Shown here: positions 27,297 to 38,053 of the stretch, one piece after another
Layout: every line of letters begins with the position of its first letter
Position numbering within the stretch: the stretch's first letter is position 1
Source: Micavibrio sp.
GTDB taxonomy: Bacteria; Patescibacteriota; Minisyncoccia; Moranbacterales; GCA-2747515
Reading direction: 5' to 3'
Assembly: GCA_020718085.1 (NCBI GenBank)
Contig: DYDB01000001.1
Location: 47,384 to 111,383 of the forward strand
DNA length: 64,000 bases
Made by a program: the position numbers and the translations under genes
The notes under the pieces: generated by a model
Databases searched by the model: none
What the model was told of the DNA's origin: nothing
The model's input: only the letters and a program-made list of their open reading frames with translations

Positions 27297-27755
27297 CTAT
27301 TGCCTAAGGTTTTTCCCAATTTCTATGAGTAATGCTGAAAACTCATCCATTTTTTTTGTTTTGTTCTTTGGAATGACATCTTCACAAAAGATCTCCATGC
27401 GTTCAATGCCTTCTTCCAGCTTCATTTTTCCTCCAGGTGCGAGTACTACTTGACTGACGCGAGCATCGTGCGCATGTGCTTCTTTTTTAATGAGGCCGAT
27501 CTTTTCCATCGGAAGGAGCAGGCGAGTGATGCCGGAGGCGGTTAGACCCACTTTCTCTGCCAAATCGATACGACGCATAGTGCAATTTGTTGCCTGACTA
27601 AGGTGGTAGAGAATGATAAATTCATTAAATCCAATACCATTCAAACGTGCGTCTAAGCGACGATTTAATTCGGTCTGAAATTTTGCAATATCAATGAGAA
27701 ACTTCGCGGATGAATTAATTTTGTACATATTATTGATTAATAGTTGATATGTCAA
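27297..27755 (-). CDS. MarR-family transcriptional regulator
   Basis: Winged-HTH region LSQATNCTMRRIDLAEKVGLTASGITRLLLPMEKIGLI. 152 aa. Confidence 0.8.
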   Translation of the reverse strand: MTYQLLINNMYKINSSAKFLIDIAKFQTELNRRLDARLNGIGFNEFIILYHLSQATNCTMRRIDLAEKVGLTASGITRLLLPMEKIGLIKKEAHAHDARVSQVVLAPGGKMKLEEGIERMEIFCEDVIPKNKTKKMDEFSALLIEIGKNLRQ

Positions 27756-27948
27756 ACATATATCAAATTGTAATGTGTGTCAAGCGATGCAAAAATGTGA
27801 GGTGTGCAAAACAGTGGAATACATATGAGAACATTGACAAAATCGTGAAAAAGTGTAGAATTGTCGATTGGCGTTATTTTACAAAAGAATAGATATTATA
27901 AATGATATTCAGTCATTTTTTCACAATAAACTCAGGAGGAGTACGGCA

Positions 27949-29613
27949 ATGACGGAGACAAAAGATAATACCGGTATGAGCGAAGAATGTGCGAATTTTT
28001 TTGAGATCGCATTTGAGCATCATCCAATGCAGACGATCGCCGTGAATCTTGAGGGAGTGATCGTTGCAGTAAATCGTGCAAAACGAAATTCGGGGGATCG
28101 CGCGGCGGAAAAGGGCATGAAAATGTATGTGGATTATGCTGCGGGTCACGATATTGATATGTTTGCGGAATTGCTCAAAGTGATGCAAGGTACGGAAACA
28201 GTAACGTATCCCATGATGGCATATCGGGATAAGATCCTTGATATTACCATCACGCCCACACCATATGGTGCGCTCATTATTTCAGCAGATGTGACACAGC
28301 GTATCATTACAGAGCAAAAGCTTAAAAGAAGTGAGGAGCGGTTTCGATTGCTCGTGGAACAGATCTCATGCATGGCCATTCAGGGATATAAATTGGATGG
28401 TACGATCACATATTGGAACAAGGCATCAGAAAAACTGTATGGTTATCATGCTGATGAAGTGATTGGTGACAATTTGCTTGAGACGATTATTCCTCCAGGT
28501 ATGCGAGAAGATGTAAAACTGGGCATGGATTTTATGATCAAAAGCGGGGAGCCAATTCCCTCTGGCGAATTGGCGCTTATGCGCAAAGATGGGACGCTTG
28601 TTACGGTATTTTCCAGTCATGCACTTCTGTGTGATCATAATGGAGATTCGGAATTGTTTTGTGTGGATATCGATCTCACAGAACAGAAAAAAGCGGAGGA
28701 CCTACTGCGAAAAAATGAAGCACTTCTGCGCGCGCTCACAGAGGCGGCACAAGATGCGATCATTGCGATGAATGAAGAGGGTAAGATCTTTCTGTGGAAT
28801 CCAGCTGCACAACGCATGCTTGGATATTCTTGCGGGGAGGTTATAGGACAGCCGTTGCATGAGTGTATTGCACCAGAAGATTATCGCGAGATGTCAAAAA
28901 AAGGCATTGAGCAGTTCATTCAGACTGGTGAAGGTGCGGCAATCGGAAAAACTACTGATCAAAGAGCGTTACATAAAGATGGACATGTGATCGATGTGCA
29001 ATTATCTCTCTCTCGTCTTCCCATGGAAAATGGTTGGGGATCTGTAGGTATTTTGCGGGATGTAACTGAACAAAAATTGGCGGAGCGGGCATTGCGCGAA
29101 AGTGAAGAGCGCTTGCGAGTTGTGAGCATGACGGATCAATTGACGGGCCTGTACAATCGGTGGCATTTCAGTCATGAGTTACAGCGAGAAGTGGATCGTT
29201 CAGAGCGGTATGGACAACCGTTGTCAGTGATCATGTTCGACATTGACGACTTTAAACAGTTTAATGAAATATACGGACATGCGGCAGGAGATCGTGTTTT
29301 GCAAATTTTGGGACACGTTGTGAAAGGTAGTATGCGAAAGAGCGACATTGCATGTCGTATTGGCGGGGAGGAATTCTTTATCATTTTGCCAATGACCTCA
29401 AGATCTGTTGCGCAAACAATCGCATTTCGGATCAGTACAAGCCTTAAGATGCAATCTTTAGACTTTGCACTTGATAAGAAGATCACCTTCAGTTGTGGCG
29501 TATGTCAATATACCTCTGGACAAAGTCCGGATGATCTCTCTCGTCGTGTCGATCAACTGATGCGACAAGCAAAGAGTGAAGGCAAGGATCGGATCATTTG
29601 TGATCAGACGTGA
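27949..29613 (+). CDS. PAS-domain diguanylate cyclase (GGDEF)
   Basis: Two to three PAS S-box segments (ITYWNKASEKLYGY..., IFLWNPAAQRMLGY...). C-terminal GGDEF with RIGGEEFFIILP and RYGQPLSVIMFDIDDFKQFN. Confidence 0.85.
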   Translation: MTETKDNTGMSEECANFFEIAFEHHPMQTIAVNLEGVIVAVNRAKRNSGDRAAEKGMKMYVDYAAGHDIDMFAELLKVMQGTETVTYPMMAYRDKILDITITPTPYGALIISADVTQRIITEQKLKRSEERFRLLVEQISCMAIQGYKLDGTITYWNKASEKLYGYHADEVIGDNLLETIIPPGMREDVKLGMDFMIKSGEPIPSGELALMRKDGTLVTVFSSHALLCDHNGDSELFCVDIDLTEQKKAEDLLRKNEALLRALTEAAQDAIIAMNEEGKIFLWNPAAQRMLGYSCGEVIGQPLHECIAPEDYREMSKKGIEQFIQTGEGAAIGKTTDQRALHKDGHVIDVQLSLSRLPMENGWGSVGILRDVTEQKLAERALRESEERLRVVSMTDQLTGLYNRWHFSHELQREVDRSERYGQPLSVIMFDIDDFKQFNEIYGHAAGDRVLQILGHVVKGSMRKSDIACRIGGEEFFIILPMTSRSVAQTIAFRISTSLKMQSLDFALDKKITFSCGVCQYTSGQSPDDLSRRVDQLMRQAKSEGKDRIICDQT

Positions 29614-29620
29614 AAATAAA

Positions 29621-29662
29621 AATCGGTCTCCATGAATTAATGGAGGCCGATTTTCTTTTTTA
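29621..29662 (+). terminator. Rho-independent terminator
   Basis: aatcggtctcca-tgaattaa-tggaggccgatt: a 12-bp stem with one G-U pair, followed by ttttcttttttatt. Confidence 0.85.
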
Positions 29663-29761
29663 TTGACATTTTATGCATATAATGAAACGATGTTGACACA
29701 AGTTGTTCGTTTACAGAATGGTAGAACAATAAAAAACATGAAGCAGTCAAGGAGGTATGGC

Positions 29762-30817
29762 ATGAAGCAGGGTAAGCGGTGGGGTGATGTGATCATTTTT
29801 ACAGGTTTGGATAACGATTCATTGGCAGAAGGTATGTGTCTCAAATTGCGCGAATACCTTGGGGAAGACCCGCAAAAGGGACATATCAGATTTGGTAAAT
29901 TTGATGATATCGAGATCAAAGACTCCTTTCCTGATTTCGAGGATATCCGCGGGAAAACGGTTGTATTCTTTGAATGTCTTAAATCTCTGGAAACGACTGT
30001 GCGTCTCTTGCAATTGTGTTGGGCGGCGAAGTATCTATATGGTGCAAAATATGTCATTATCGCAACATCCTTCTTGCATTATCGTCGGCAAGATCATCCG
30101 GAGAAAATTCATGAGATCCATCGCAATAGATGGTTGATAGAACAAATGAAACACAATGGCGTAGATCATTTGATCGTAGCAACACCTCATTCTGACCAAA
30201 CGCGAAAAAATTGTGAGGAGGTTGGCATTGCGTTTCGCGAAGTTGATTTTACGGAAGCGTTCGCAAGTGTATGCAAGCCGTTGCTTCCGGAAAAAGGAGA
30301 AAATAAAAAGGCGGTTGTTTTTGCTCCTGATGAAGGTTCAATTGCAAGGGCGATCGTATTTGCACAACATCTTGATGTTGACGTTTTGTTCCAACTTAAA
30401 GATCGCGGTCACAACAACGAAGTGGCGATCTTGGAGGCAGATCAAGAAATGATCGACCAGATCATTGCAAAGTACGGCTATGAACGTCTGTATTTTGCGA
30501 CGCATGATCTGATCAAAGATGCAATCGTGATCATGATCGATGATGAGGTGACAACCGGCACTACAGCCAACAAGCAAGCAAAGAATTTGTTGAAATGGGG
30601 TGCTGCCATAATCATGTTGTTTGTGACGCATCCAGTTTGCAGTAATCAGTGGATGGAAAAATTGATGGATGGTGCACCATTTGGCAAGATCTGTTTTACC
30701 AATACGATCTTTCGAGGCAAGGAGCATCGTACAGGTGGTAGTGTGCATGATGTTTCAGCGGCGGGACTCATGGCATCAGGTGTCTATCGCGTTTTGCGAC
30801 AATTGTTCAATCGGTAG
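29762..30817 (+). CDS. prs: Ribose-phosphate pyrophosphokinase (PRPP synthetase)-like
   Basis: N-terminal Pribosyltran_N-like region. PRTase motif VIMIDDEVTTGTT. RBS aaggagg upstream of the ATG at 29762. Confidence 0.65.
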   Translation: MKQGKRWGDVIIFTGLDNDSLAEGMCLKLREYLGEDPQKGHIRFGKFDDIEIKDSFPDFEDIRGKTVVFFECLKSLETTVRLLQLCWAAKYLYGAKYVIIATSFLHYRRQDHPEKIHEIHRNRWLIEQMKHNGVDHLIVATPHSDQTRKNCEEVGIAFREVDFTEAFASVCKPLLPEKGENKKAVVFAPDEGSIARAIVFAQHLDVDVLFQLKDRGHNNEVAILEADQEMIDQIIAKYGYERLYFATHDLIKDAIVIMIDDEVTTGTTANKQAKNLLKWGAAIIMLFVTHPVCSNQWMEKLMDGAPFGKICFTNTIFRGKEHRTGGSVHDVSAAGLMASGVYRVLRQLFNR

Positions 30818-30918
30818 TTTTGGCGATAGCGGCGCATTCGATATATTCGAGTGTGCCGCTTCTTTTTTGAATTTTTGCATAAATATGCGATAATGAAGAT
30901 ATAATTTTGTTATAATAG

Positions 30919-31329
30919 ATGTTTATGAAAAATGTTACCCAGATCATCAAAACGTCCTATTTTTATATCGTGATCGCTGTGAGCATGCTATTCGTTGGCT
31001 CAGGTATTGGCATGCTATTCAACACTGCGTTGCAGTATTATTTTTTCCCGATGGCGGAAAGAGGGGGATACAGTCAATGCACACAAGAACCACCGATGTA
31101 TTATCTCAGCGATAAAGGATGTATGAATGGTGCAACAACAGAAGAGCAGCAAGCAACTCTGAACAATTTGATACGAGATTATGAAACATGGAAAACACAA
31201 AATTCTGGAGAGGCGTGTTTTAGTGCACAACGTCAAAAGAGCATCGTGGATGCTCTGACAATGCTCTTTGTTGCATCTCCGATCTTGATCTTACATATCT
31301 TTCTATTGAAAAAACAAAAAGCGGAATAA
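30919..31329 (+). CDS. Hypothetical membrane protein
   Basis: N- and C-terminal TM helices. 136 aa. Confidence 0.4.
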   Translation: MFMKNVTQIIKTSYFYIVIAVSMLFVGSGIGMLFNTALQYYFFPMAERGGYSQCTQEPPMYYLSDKGCMNGATTEEQQATLNNLIRDYETWKTQNSGEACFSAQRQKSIVDALTMLFVASPILILHIFLLKKQKAE

Positions 31330-31564
31330 TAAAATACATAAGATCAATTTTGATGTACAAGGCAACAAGTTGTGTGATGATGTTGCATAAATATGATTTT
31401 TGGTGTACTATGCAGGGGCAGAGGTATAGGCTTTGTTGAAAGAAAAAGCGGCTGTATGCCGTACTAGGTAGTAATGATGAATAAAAGACACCAGGTCTTT
31501 TTTCGTCTGTTATATAACTCGTTCTTAGAGAGAACTTGTTTTTTCACGTTCTTTTCAGATCAAC

Positions 31565-32065
31565 GTGTGTAAAACACACATAAAAAAGGAGGTTGTTTTG
31601 ACTTTGACGTTATTTTTGCTTCTTACGTATGCTCTTCCGTATGAATCAAGTGGCATGACAGCACAACAATTTATTGGACAATACATACCATTTCGTATTG
31701 AAACAGCAGAGGTGAGGACAACGGCATATTTTACGCCGGTGCCACAGCAAAGAAACTACAAGGCACTTGTAAAATTAAATGGCAGAGGTAAAAAAACGAG
31801 TACGGGTGCTACGCCGCAAATTCCCACCAAGACGACACTTGGCACGATCGCTGCGGGTCCGGACACGCCATTTGGTACGATCATGTTCGTACCAGACTAT
31901 GGTTTGGGCGTTGTAGAAGATCGTGGCGGTGCGATCAAGGGCAAAAGGCGATTGGATCTTTATTGCGGAAAAGGCGAAAAAGCTTACCAAGAAGCCAAGG
32001 AATGGGGCGTGCAGAATCAAAAAATTGTCAAGATCATATGGGAGAATAAAAAACGGTCTATATGA
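31565..32065 (+). CDS. 3D-domain protein (MltA/YabE-like cell-wall-associated)
   Basis: C-terminal [42 protein letters not shown], the 3D-domain signature. The true start may be the TTG or ATG downstream of the aaggagg RBS at about 31586. Confidence 0.6.
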   Translation: MCKTHIKKEVVLTLTLFLLLTYALPYESSGMTAQQFIGQYIPFRIETAEVRTTAYFTPVPQQRNYKALVKLNGRGKKTSTGATPQIPTKTTLGTIAAGPDTPFGTIMFVPDYGLGVVEDRGGAIKGKRRLDLYCGKGEKAYQEAKEWGVQNQKIVKIIWENKKRSI

Positions 32066-32163
32066 CAAACCACATCCAAATCGGGAATGCGTACAGTGAT
32101 ACGTATTCCCGATTTTTTTATACAGCATGTCGTATGATACAATAAAAATATGAGATAAAATAT

Positions 32164-32865
32164 ATGACAAAAGTTGTTTTTGGGTACAAAGAGAAATTTG
32201 ACGCATGGAGCTGGGTGTTGATCGCACAAGATAAAGATCTGTGGGGCATTGAGTGGGAAGATCAGGTGACACATATTCCGCCAGAACTTTTGGCAAAGAT
32301 CGAAAAAGCACGTTTTTGGCGTGCACAAAATATGGTCATGAAACACTTGGTGCACGACCCTCTACGTAAAAACAAGCGAGCAACAATCAAGATCGAACTG
32401 ATGGCGTTGGAACAAGCGTGGCGAATAGTGGAAGATCGCTATTTTGATGTGCTTGCCACAGTGACGAAAAAGCCGATCTTTCGCAAAAAGTTTGCGTGTT
32501 ACATGACGACCGGTTACATGTGTCCATATAATGAAAAAGAGAAATGGTTCATGACATCGCTATGGCATTCCACGGCATTTTCTGTGGTGACGGTGTGTCA
32601 TGAGATCATGCATCTACAATTCTTGTTCTATTATGGGGAATATATAAAAAAATGCGGCTTAACAGTATCTCAACAAGAAGACCTAAAAGAATCACTCACA
32701 TTTCTTCTCAATGAAGAGGAGTTTCATGGTATGATGTTATGTGAGGATGTTGGCTATCCTGATCATGAAAAACTGCGCGCATATTTACAAAAAATATGGC
32801 GTAAAGAGCGAGATTTTGATATTTTGATAGATCGTGCCATAGTGTATATGAAAAAACATGAGTAA
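32164..32865 (+). CDS. Hypothetical protein with HExxH motif (putative zinc metallohydrolase)
   Basis: VTVCHEIMHLQF contains HEIMH. No other assignable motifs. Confidence 0.45.
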   Translation: MTKVVFGYKEKFDAWSWVLIAQDKDLWGIEWEDQVTHIPPELLAKIEKARFWRAQNMVMKHLVHDPLRKNKRATIKIELMALEQAWRIVEDRYFDVLATVTKKPIFRKKFACYMTTGYMCPYNEKEKWFMTSLWHSTAFSVVTVCHEIMHLQFLFYYGEYIKKCGLTVSQQEDLKESLTFLLNEEEFHGMMLCEDVGYPDHEKLRAYLQKIWRKERDFDILIDRAIVYMKKHE

Positions 32866-33013
32866 TTATTTTAGGACTTACGCATTTGGATGAAGTTCGA
32901 GAAAAATGTGAGGAGTGGAGTAAGTTGTATATACATATACAACGTCGAGCACCGGAGCATTTGACGAAGAAATACGTCAAATGCGTAAGTCCAATATTTT
33001 TTAAAATCTTTTT

Positions 33014-33601
33014 ATGGAGAACATTGGTATAACGAGAGATGTTGCGTTGCAGCTTATAGATCAGCATATTGTCGATCCTGTGACGCGGTTGCATTTGCGT
33101 GAATCTGAGGAGATCATGCGAGCTCTTGCGCGACATTTTGGTGAGGATGAAGACGTGTGGGGTATCGCAGGATTATTACATGATATTGATTGGGATCTGA
33201 CAAAAAATGATACTGCACAACATTGTATAATGTGTCAGGACATTTTGAAAAATGCGGGTGCGACGGACTTTCTTATTACAACGATCGTCTCCCATGGCTA
33301 TGGAAACGAATCAATCCCCGCACTTATGGCGTATAAACGCACAATGCGCATACAATATGCACTGGCTGCTGCAGAAACATTGACAGGACTTATTATTGCA
33401 TCGGCGCTTATGCAGCCGGACAAAAAACTTGCAAGCGTGAAAGCGAGTTCTTTGAAAAAGAAATTCAAAAACAAGGCTTTTGCGGCACGATGTGATCGTG
33501 CGATCATTGCCGAATGCGAACAGGCAGGTATTGCGTTGGACGATTTTTTGAATCTGGGGCTCATTTCTTTGCAGGGCATTGGCGATGAATTAGGTATGTA
33601 A
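33014..33601 (+). CDS. HD-domain phosphohydrolase
   Basis: H...HD motif: RLHLRESEEIMRALARHFGEDEDVWGIAGLLHDIDW. Confidence 0.65.
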   Translation: MENIGITRDVALQLIDQHIVDPVTRLHLRESEEIMRALARHFGEDEDVWGIAGLLHDIDWDLTKNDTAQHCIMCQDILKNAGATDFLITTIVSHGYGNESIPALMAYKRTMRIQYALAAAETLTGLIIASALMQPDKKLASVKASSLKKKFKNKAFAARCDRAIIAECEQAGIALDDFLNLGLISLQGIGDELGM

Positions 33602-33649
33602 CGTGGTTTTTTGACTGTGACTCACAATACGTGATATGATGCGAGGGAA

Positions 33650-34819
33650 ATGTTAAATTTTTTATTTTTTATGAGCGCAAAACATAAGAAAAAAGGGAAG
33701 AATAAAAATAAAAAGGAAATTAACGTTCAGTCAGAGCAAAAAAATGTGACGGATGACAGTGCGGTTTTTGTGACGGATCAAGAAACATCTGTGGAACAGG
33801 TGCAGCCGGATAGGACAGTGGAGCAGAAAGAAAAAGGGTCTTCACATAAAAAACAGAAAAAAAGAATAAAGCGCTCCCATATTTTGTATGGAGCTGTTTT
33901 TCTTGTCACGATCAGTACGTTCATTGCGTGCGGTGCATACTATTATCATGTGCATCAAGATGCTATCGTGTATGAACGAAAATTGCAATCAGAGCAATAT
34001 GAGAAATTCATGCAACAGTTTGAGGATGTAAATACACAAGAAATTGTGACAATTCAGGAACGTATATTAACGGATACATGGAAAAAATTTACAAGTCAAT
34101 ATTATGGATTTGAGATCATGTATCCAAGTGATGGATGGATGACAAATGTGCATAAGATCGATCCGCAACAAACAAAAGCGATCTACCGGATAGATTTTCT
34201 CAAGCATAGCGATGTATACAATGAGCCGGTAGGATTTTCTGTGTCAGTATATGACATGAACGTAACGAAAGAATTGGCCCAAACAGATGAATTTCCTGCA
34301 ATGAGGAACAATGATATATCAGCCGCGGGATTATGTGCTGTGCCAAGTGGACACATGTTTGAAACAGGAGATTATCCTGCGGAGGAATTATATGTGCCGC
34401 CACGTGATGAATGTTATGAGAGCGGACTTTTCTTCACTGTTGTGAAAGGGCAATATATTTACAACATTACACCGATCGTCAATGAGAGCGCAAAAAATGG
34501 TGATAGTGATCCGATGATCGCCACGGTGGATGTCGTGCCGGAGTTTTTTTCCGCCGTATCGCGATTTGCAAATATTGAGATCGTGCGTCCAAAACCAAAA
34601 CCGGCTGTCGTGCGAAGTAGCGCACCGATGCCTGCAACGTATAAAAAAGATCATCTTGGACGAAATGTTTGTGAGAAAAAGAATGATAAGCCTGGTAAAA
34701 GTAAAGAAAACAATAAGGGGAAAATGCATATGGATATGGAATGTTGTCTTGATCCGGATGAATATCCCAATCCACATTGCTATTATGATCCGGGAAAATA
34801 CGGTAAATATATGAAGTAA
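33650..34819 (+). CDS. Hypothetical membrane-anchored protein with Lys-rich N-terminus and Cys-rich C-terminus
   Basis: KHKKKGKNKNKK N-terminal tail, a single TM (ILYGAVFLVTISTFIACGAYYY), and C-terminal MECCLDPDEYPNPHCYYDPGKYGKY. Confidence 0.4.
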   Translation: MLNFLFFMSAKHKKKGKNKNKKEINVQSEQKNVTDDSAVFVTDQETSVEQVQPDRTVEQKEKGSSHKKQKKRIKRSHILYGAVFLVTISTFIACGAYYYHVHQDAIVYERKLQSEQYEKFMQQFEDVNTQEIVTIQERILTDTWKKFTSQYYGFEIMYPSDGWMTNVHKIDPQQTKAIYRIDFLKHSDVYNEPVGFSVSVYDMNVTKELAQTDEFPAMRNNDISAAGLCAVPSGHMFETGDYPAEELYVPPRDECYESGLFFTVVKGQYIYNITPIVNESAKNGDSDPMIATVDVVPEFFSAVSRFANIEIVRPKPKPAVVRSSAPMPATYKKDHLGRNVCEKKNDKPGKSKENNKGKMHMDMECCLDPDEYPNPHCYYDPGKYGKYMK

Positions 34820-34870
34820 TGTAAATGGCACCCCTCACGTTGGAGTAGGTGCCATTTTTTCATGTAATCA

Positions 34871-35983
34871 TTAGGATCCTTTCAGTTCACATATGAGCTC
34901 GTGCGTGGATACAATGCGATCCACACGATGTGCGTTGGTCCCAACGGTAAAGAGAGGTTGTTCATCTTTGGCATATCCTGCTGAGGATAAAAGCCCGTTG
35001 CAAATACAAAAATTTTGCTGCGAATTTTCTTTTGCTGCACAGATCGAGAATGATCCCTCAGCATCTTTTTGCAGTACATAACCTCGATTACAAAAAGGTC
35101 TGCGAAATTTGCCAAATGCGTACATGGGCGCATTGGTCAGTGTGCGAAAAGGCATGCCGCTTGGAGATCCTGGAGGACATGTTCTATTGTGACATACAAT
35201 AATTTCTTCCGGTGTGCATTCTATGACAGCTTGTTTGTACAAAAGGGAGGCGCCACTCTCTTCCGTTACGAGAAAACGTGTTCCCATTTGCACGCCGTCT
35301 GCACCGCGAGTGATCCAATCACAGATATCTTGATGCGTATAAATACCGCCAGCAACAATTACGGGAAAATCACCATTTGTCATGGCAAATTCCTTAATTG
35401 GTGGAAATATCGCATCAAGTTGATGTTCTGATCTCGTGAGGTCTTCGTATGCAAATCCGAGATGTCCGCCTGCCAATGGACCCTCTACAACAACAGCATC
35501 CGGTCTACGACCTTTTTTTGCCCAGCGTGCGCAGATCAGTCGGAGTGCGCGTACAGACGATACGATTGGTATGAGTGCAATATCTGCAGTGGTGCCGACA
35601 ACTTGTGGCAGTTGCAGAGGGAGTCCCGCGCCACAAATGATCATATCGGCCTTTGCATCAACTGCACCACGTACACTTGCGTCAAAATCTCGCGCAAGAT
35701 ATACCATGATATTGACACCAATGCCACCGTGACCCTGAGAAAGTATGCGTGCATTTTGCACTTCAAGGATCATGGCGTCGTAAGCATTGTATCGTTTTTT
35801 CAGATCATGTGATATGAGAAAATCCAAACATGCGCTCGAGAGAATGCCGATACAACCTTCATGTGCGACAGTTCCTGCAAGCATGTCGCGAGACACACCG
35901 ACACCCATGCCGCCTTGAATGATGGGAGCTTCGTACGTGCGGTCACGAATTGTTAATTTTGGCAAGATCATATGCACCTCCAT
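34871..35983 (-). CDS. Nitronate monooxygenase / FabK-like FMN oxidoreductase (NMO family)
   Basis: TIRDRTYEAPIIQGGMGVGVS...HEGCIGILSS fits the NMO TIM-barrel family. C-terminal Cys-containing extension. Confidence 0.65.
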   Translation of the reverse strand: MEVHMILPKLTIRDRTYEAPIIQGGMGVGVSRDMLAGTVAHEGCIGILSSACLDFLISHDLKKRYNAYDAMILEVQNARILSQGHGGIGVNIMVYLARDFDASVRGAVDAKADMIICGAGLPLQLPQVVGTTADIALIPIVSSVRALRLICARWAKKGRRPDAVVVEGPLAGGHLGFAYEDLTRSEHQLDAIFPPIKEFAMTNGDFPVIVAGGIYTHQDICDWITRGADGVQMGTRFLVTEESGASLLYKQAVIECTPEEIIVCHNRTCPPGSPSGMPFRTLTNAPMYAFGKFRRPFCNRGYVLQKDAEGSFSICAAKENSQQNFCICNGLLSSAGYAKDEQPLFTVGTNAHRVDRIVSTHELICELKGS

Positions 35984-36141
35984 GCATGTTGTGAAAAATG
36001 TTATATTAATTTATTAAAGAAACGTTGTGTAACACCAGTATAGAGAAGTTTTATTTTTTTACAATGGGATGGCACGCGTAGTAATTTTGTGATATACTTT
36101 TACACAGAAATATGATACGTGATATGAAAAAGTGATATTTT

Positions 36142-36804
36142 TTGACTAAAACAAAAATATTTATGGATCAACTTAAGGATAAGGGTTTTGTGGTTGCGAT
36201 GCTTGTAATGCTCTTTGGCAGCATAGGATATGCATACTGGCATTTTGTGATCGATAAAAATTATACACTTGTATATCATGCGGATTGCGATCCGACCATG
36301 GAGGTGTGTTATGTATGGGAGTGTGATCCTGAGGCGATCGATGAGGAGGAAAAGTGTACGGGTGATCCGGATGAGGATATATGGTACTACAAGCACTTGG
36401 AACGTTTGGCAAAAAATGTTCCAGAGTGCAAATCTGATGATGAGAATTGCGATGCTTTTGTGTGTGAAATAGGGGAAGAAGGTTGCGCTGAAGTGATGTG
36501 TACCAAAGAACTTGCGGAGATTGATGAGGTAGTATGCAGTGATCCTAATGCATATAATATTGCGCATCCTGAGGAATTGGAGGAAGATGAAGAAGGATCC
36601 TATGAGATGGATGAGGAAGAAATGATGGAAGAAGATGAAGAATCGGCCGATATGGGTGAGGGAGAAGTGGCGGGAGAAGAAGGAGATAGTGAGACAGAAT
36701 TGGAAACAATGGGAGATGGTAGTGGTGGCACAGTGGAAGAAGTAGTCGAAAATAATGAAATGGAAGGCGTCGTTGCGCCGGAAGATGTTGGTGTGGACAC
36801 ATAG
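36142..36804 (+). CDS. Membrane-anchored Cys-rich, highly acidic protein (hypothetical)
   Basis: N-terminal TM, eight Cys in CxxC-like pairs, then an E/D-rich low-complexity tail. Confidence 0.45.
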   Translation: MTKTKIFMDQLKDKGFVVAMLVMLFGSIGYAYWHFVIDKNYTLVYHADCDPTMEVCYVWECDPEAIDEEEKCTGDPDEDIWYYKHLERLAKNVPECKSDDENCDAFVCEIGEEGCAEVMCTKELAEIDEVVCSDPNAYNIAHPEELEEDEEGSYEMDEEEMMEEDEESADMGEGEVAGEEGDSETELETMGDGSGGTVEEVVENNEMEGVVAPEDVGVDT

Positions 36805-36903
36805 TTTTGGCGTGTGTCTTTTTTTATAGGTATAATAAATACGTGAAGTGTTACTGCTGTGTTATAAAAGTGATAAAATGTAAAAAGTAGTTGTAGAAAA
36901 TAT

Positions 36904-38031
36904 ATGTATAACAGTAAACCGGATGGTTTTCATTTTTTATTGGAATTTTTTGGGTGTGATATCAAGCAGATCAATGACATGGATTTTTGGCGCACAGAGC
37001 TCCACGCAGCAATCGAGGGCACGTCCATGGAATCATTGCATGATTTTTTCTTTAAATTCGAACCGCATGGCATTACGGGATATCTTCTTCTTTCTTCTTC
37101 ACATATCTCTATTCACACATGGCCGGAAAACGGGTATGTAGTGTGCGATGTTTTCACCTGCTCTACAGAAGTGGAGACAGAGAAAGCTGTGCAACATCTC
37201 AAGGATCAGATCACACATGATCGCGTAGAGGTAAAGAAGATCCAGCGTGGATTTAAGGTGTCACGCAAAGGTGGTGTAGTGCAAGATGTTGCGCAATGCA
37301 CGCTTGATCGACACTGTGTGAAACTGCCTGTGTATAGCACGGGAAAGAAAATGCCGTTGGATGTATTGCAGTTGATTGTGGAAATTGAAACAGCTGTGCA
37401 GAAGATCTCGATCGTTGATACACTGGAATTTGGGAAGTGCTTGATCATCAACGGAATATTGCATACAGCGGAAAAAGATCATTATCTCTATGACCGTGAG
37501 CTCATTAAGCAATTGCGGTCCAGCGATAAGGACATTCTCATTCTAGGTGGTGGTGATGGCTATGTGGCACGGCGTGTAATATCGGAAAATCCGAATGCAC
37601 AGATCAATGTGGATGTGGTGGACATGGATGTGGAAGTGGTCAAGGCATGTGAACGCTACTTGGGACAAGGTGTCTTTCAACGAAATGAGGCGCGGATCCA
37701 TATTGGAGATGCATTACATTTTCTCAAGATGACACGCAAGAAATATGACGGCATTATATTTGATCTCACAAAAGAACCGATCGGACGTGCAGAGGATGAA
37801 CAATTCATCCAGTTTTATAAAGATTTGTGTGCTTTGGCACATACACATACCAAAGACCAAGGATGGATTGCCATACAAGCAGGCACATCTTCTGTCGTAA
37901 AGAAATATATGGACACGGCAACGGTCATCACATCGATCTTGCATGATACGCGATGGAAAAAAATTGACCGCAGTGATGTCATGATCCCAAGTCATGGGGA
38001 AAATTATGCATTCCTCTTTGCAAAGAAATAA
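36904..38031 (+). CDS. Fusion: pyruvoyl-dependent S-adenosylmethionine decarboxylase (SpeH/class 1b) + spermidine synthase (aminopropyltransferase)
   Basis: N-terminal LLSSSHISIHTWPENGYVVCDVFTC (AdoMetDC proenzyme motif). C-terminal ILILGGGDGYVARRV...IIFDLTK (SpeE). 375 aa. Confidence 0.75.
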   Translation: MYNSKPDGFHFLLEFFGCDIKQINDMDFWRTELHAAIEGTSMESLHDFFFKFEPHGITGYLLLSSSHISIHTWPENGYVVCDVFTCSTEVETEKAVQHLKDQITHDRVEVKKIQRGFKVSRKGGVVQDVAQCTLDRHCVKLPVYSTGKKMPLDVLQLIVEIETAVQKISIVDTLEFGKCLIINGILHTAEKDHYLYDRELIKQLRSSDKDILILGGGDGYVARRVISENPNAQINVDVVDMDVEVVKACERYLGQGVFQRNEARIHIGDALHFLKMTRKKYDGIIFDLTKEPIGRAEDEQFIQFYKDLCALAHTHTKDQGWIAIQAGTSSVVKKYMDTATVITSILHDTRWKKIDRSDVMIPSHGENYAFLFAKK

Positions 38032-38053
38032 GCTTAAATAACTATTCACATAC

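Noticed and set aside
36545-36802. Minus-strand Pro/Leu/His-rich and Ser-rich ORFs (36545-36802, 36600-36800)
   Set aside because: They are antisense translations of the GAA/GAT-rich acidic tail of the 36142-36804 protein, a low-complexity artefact.
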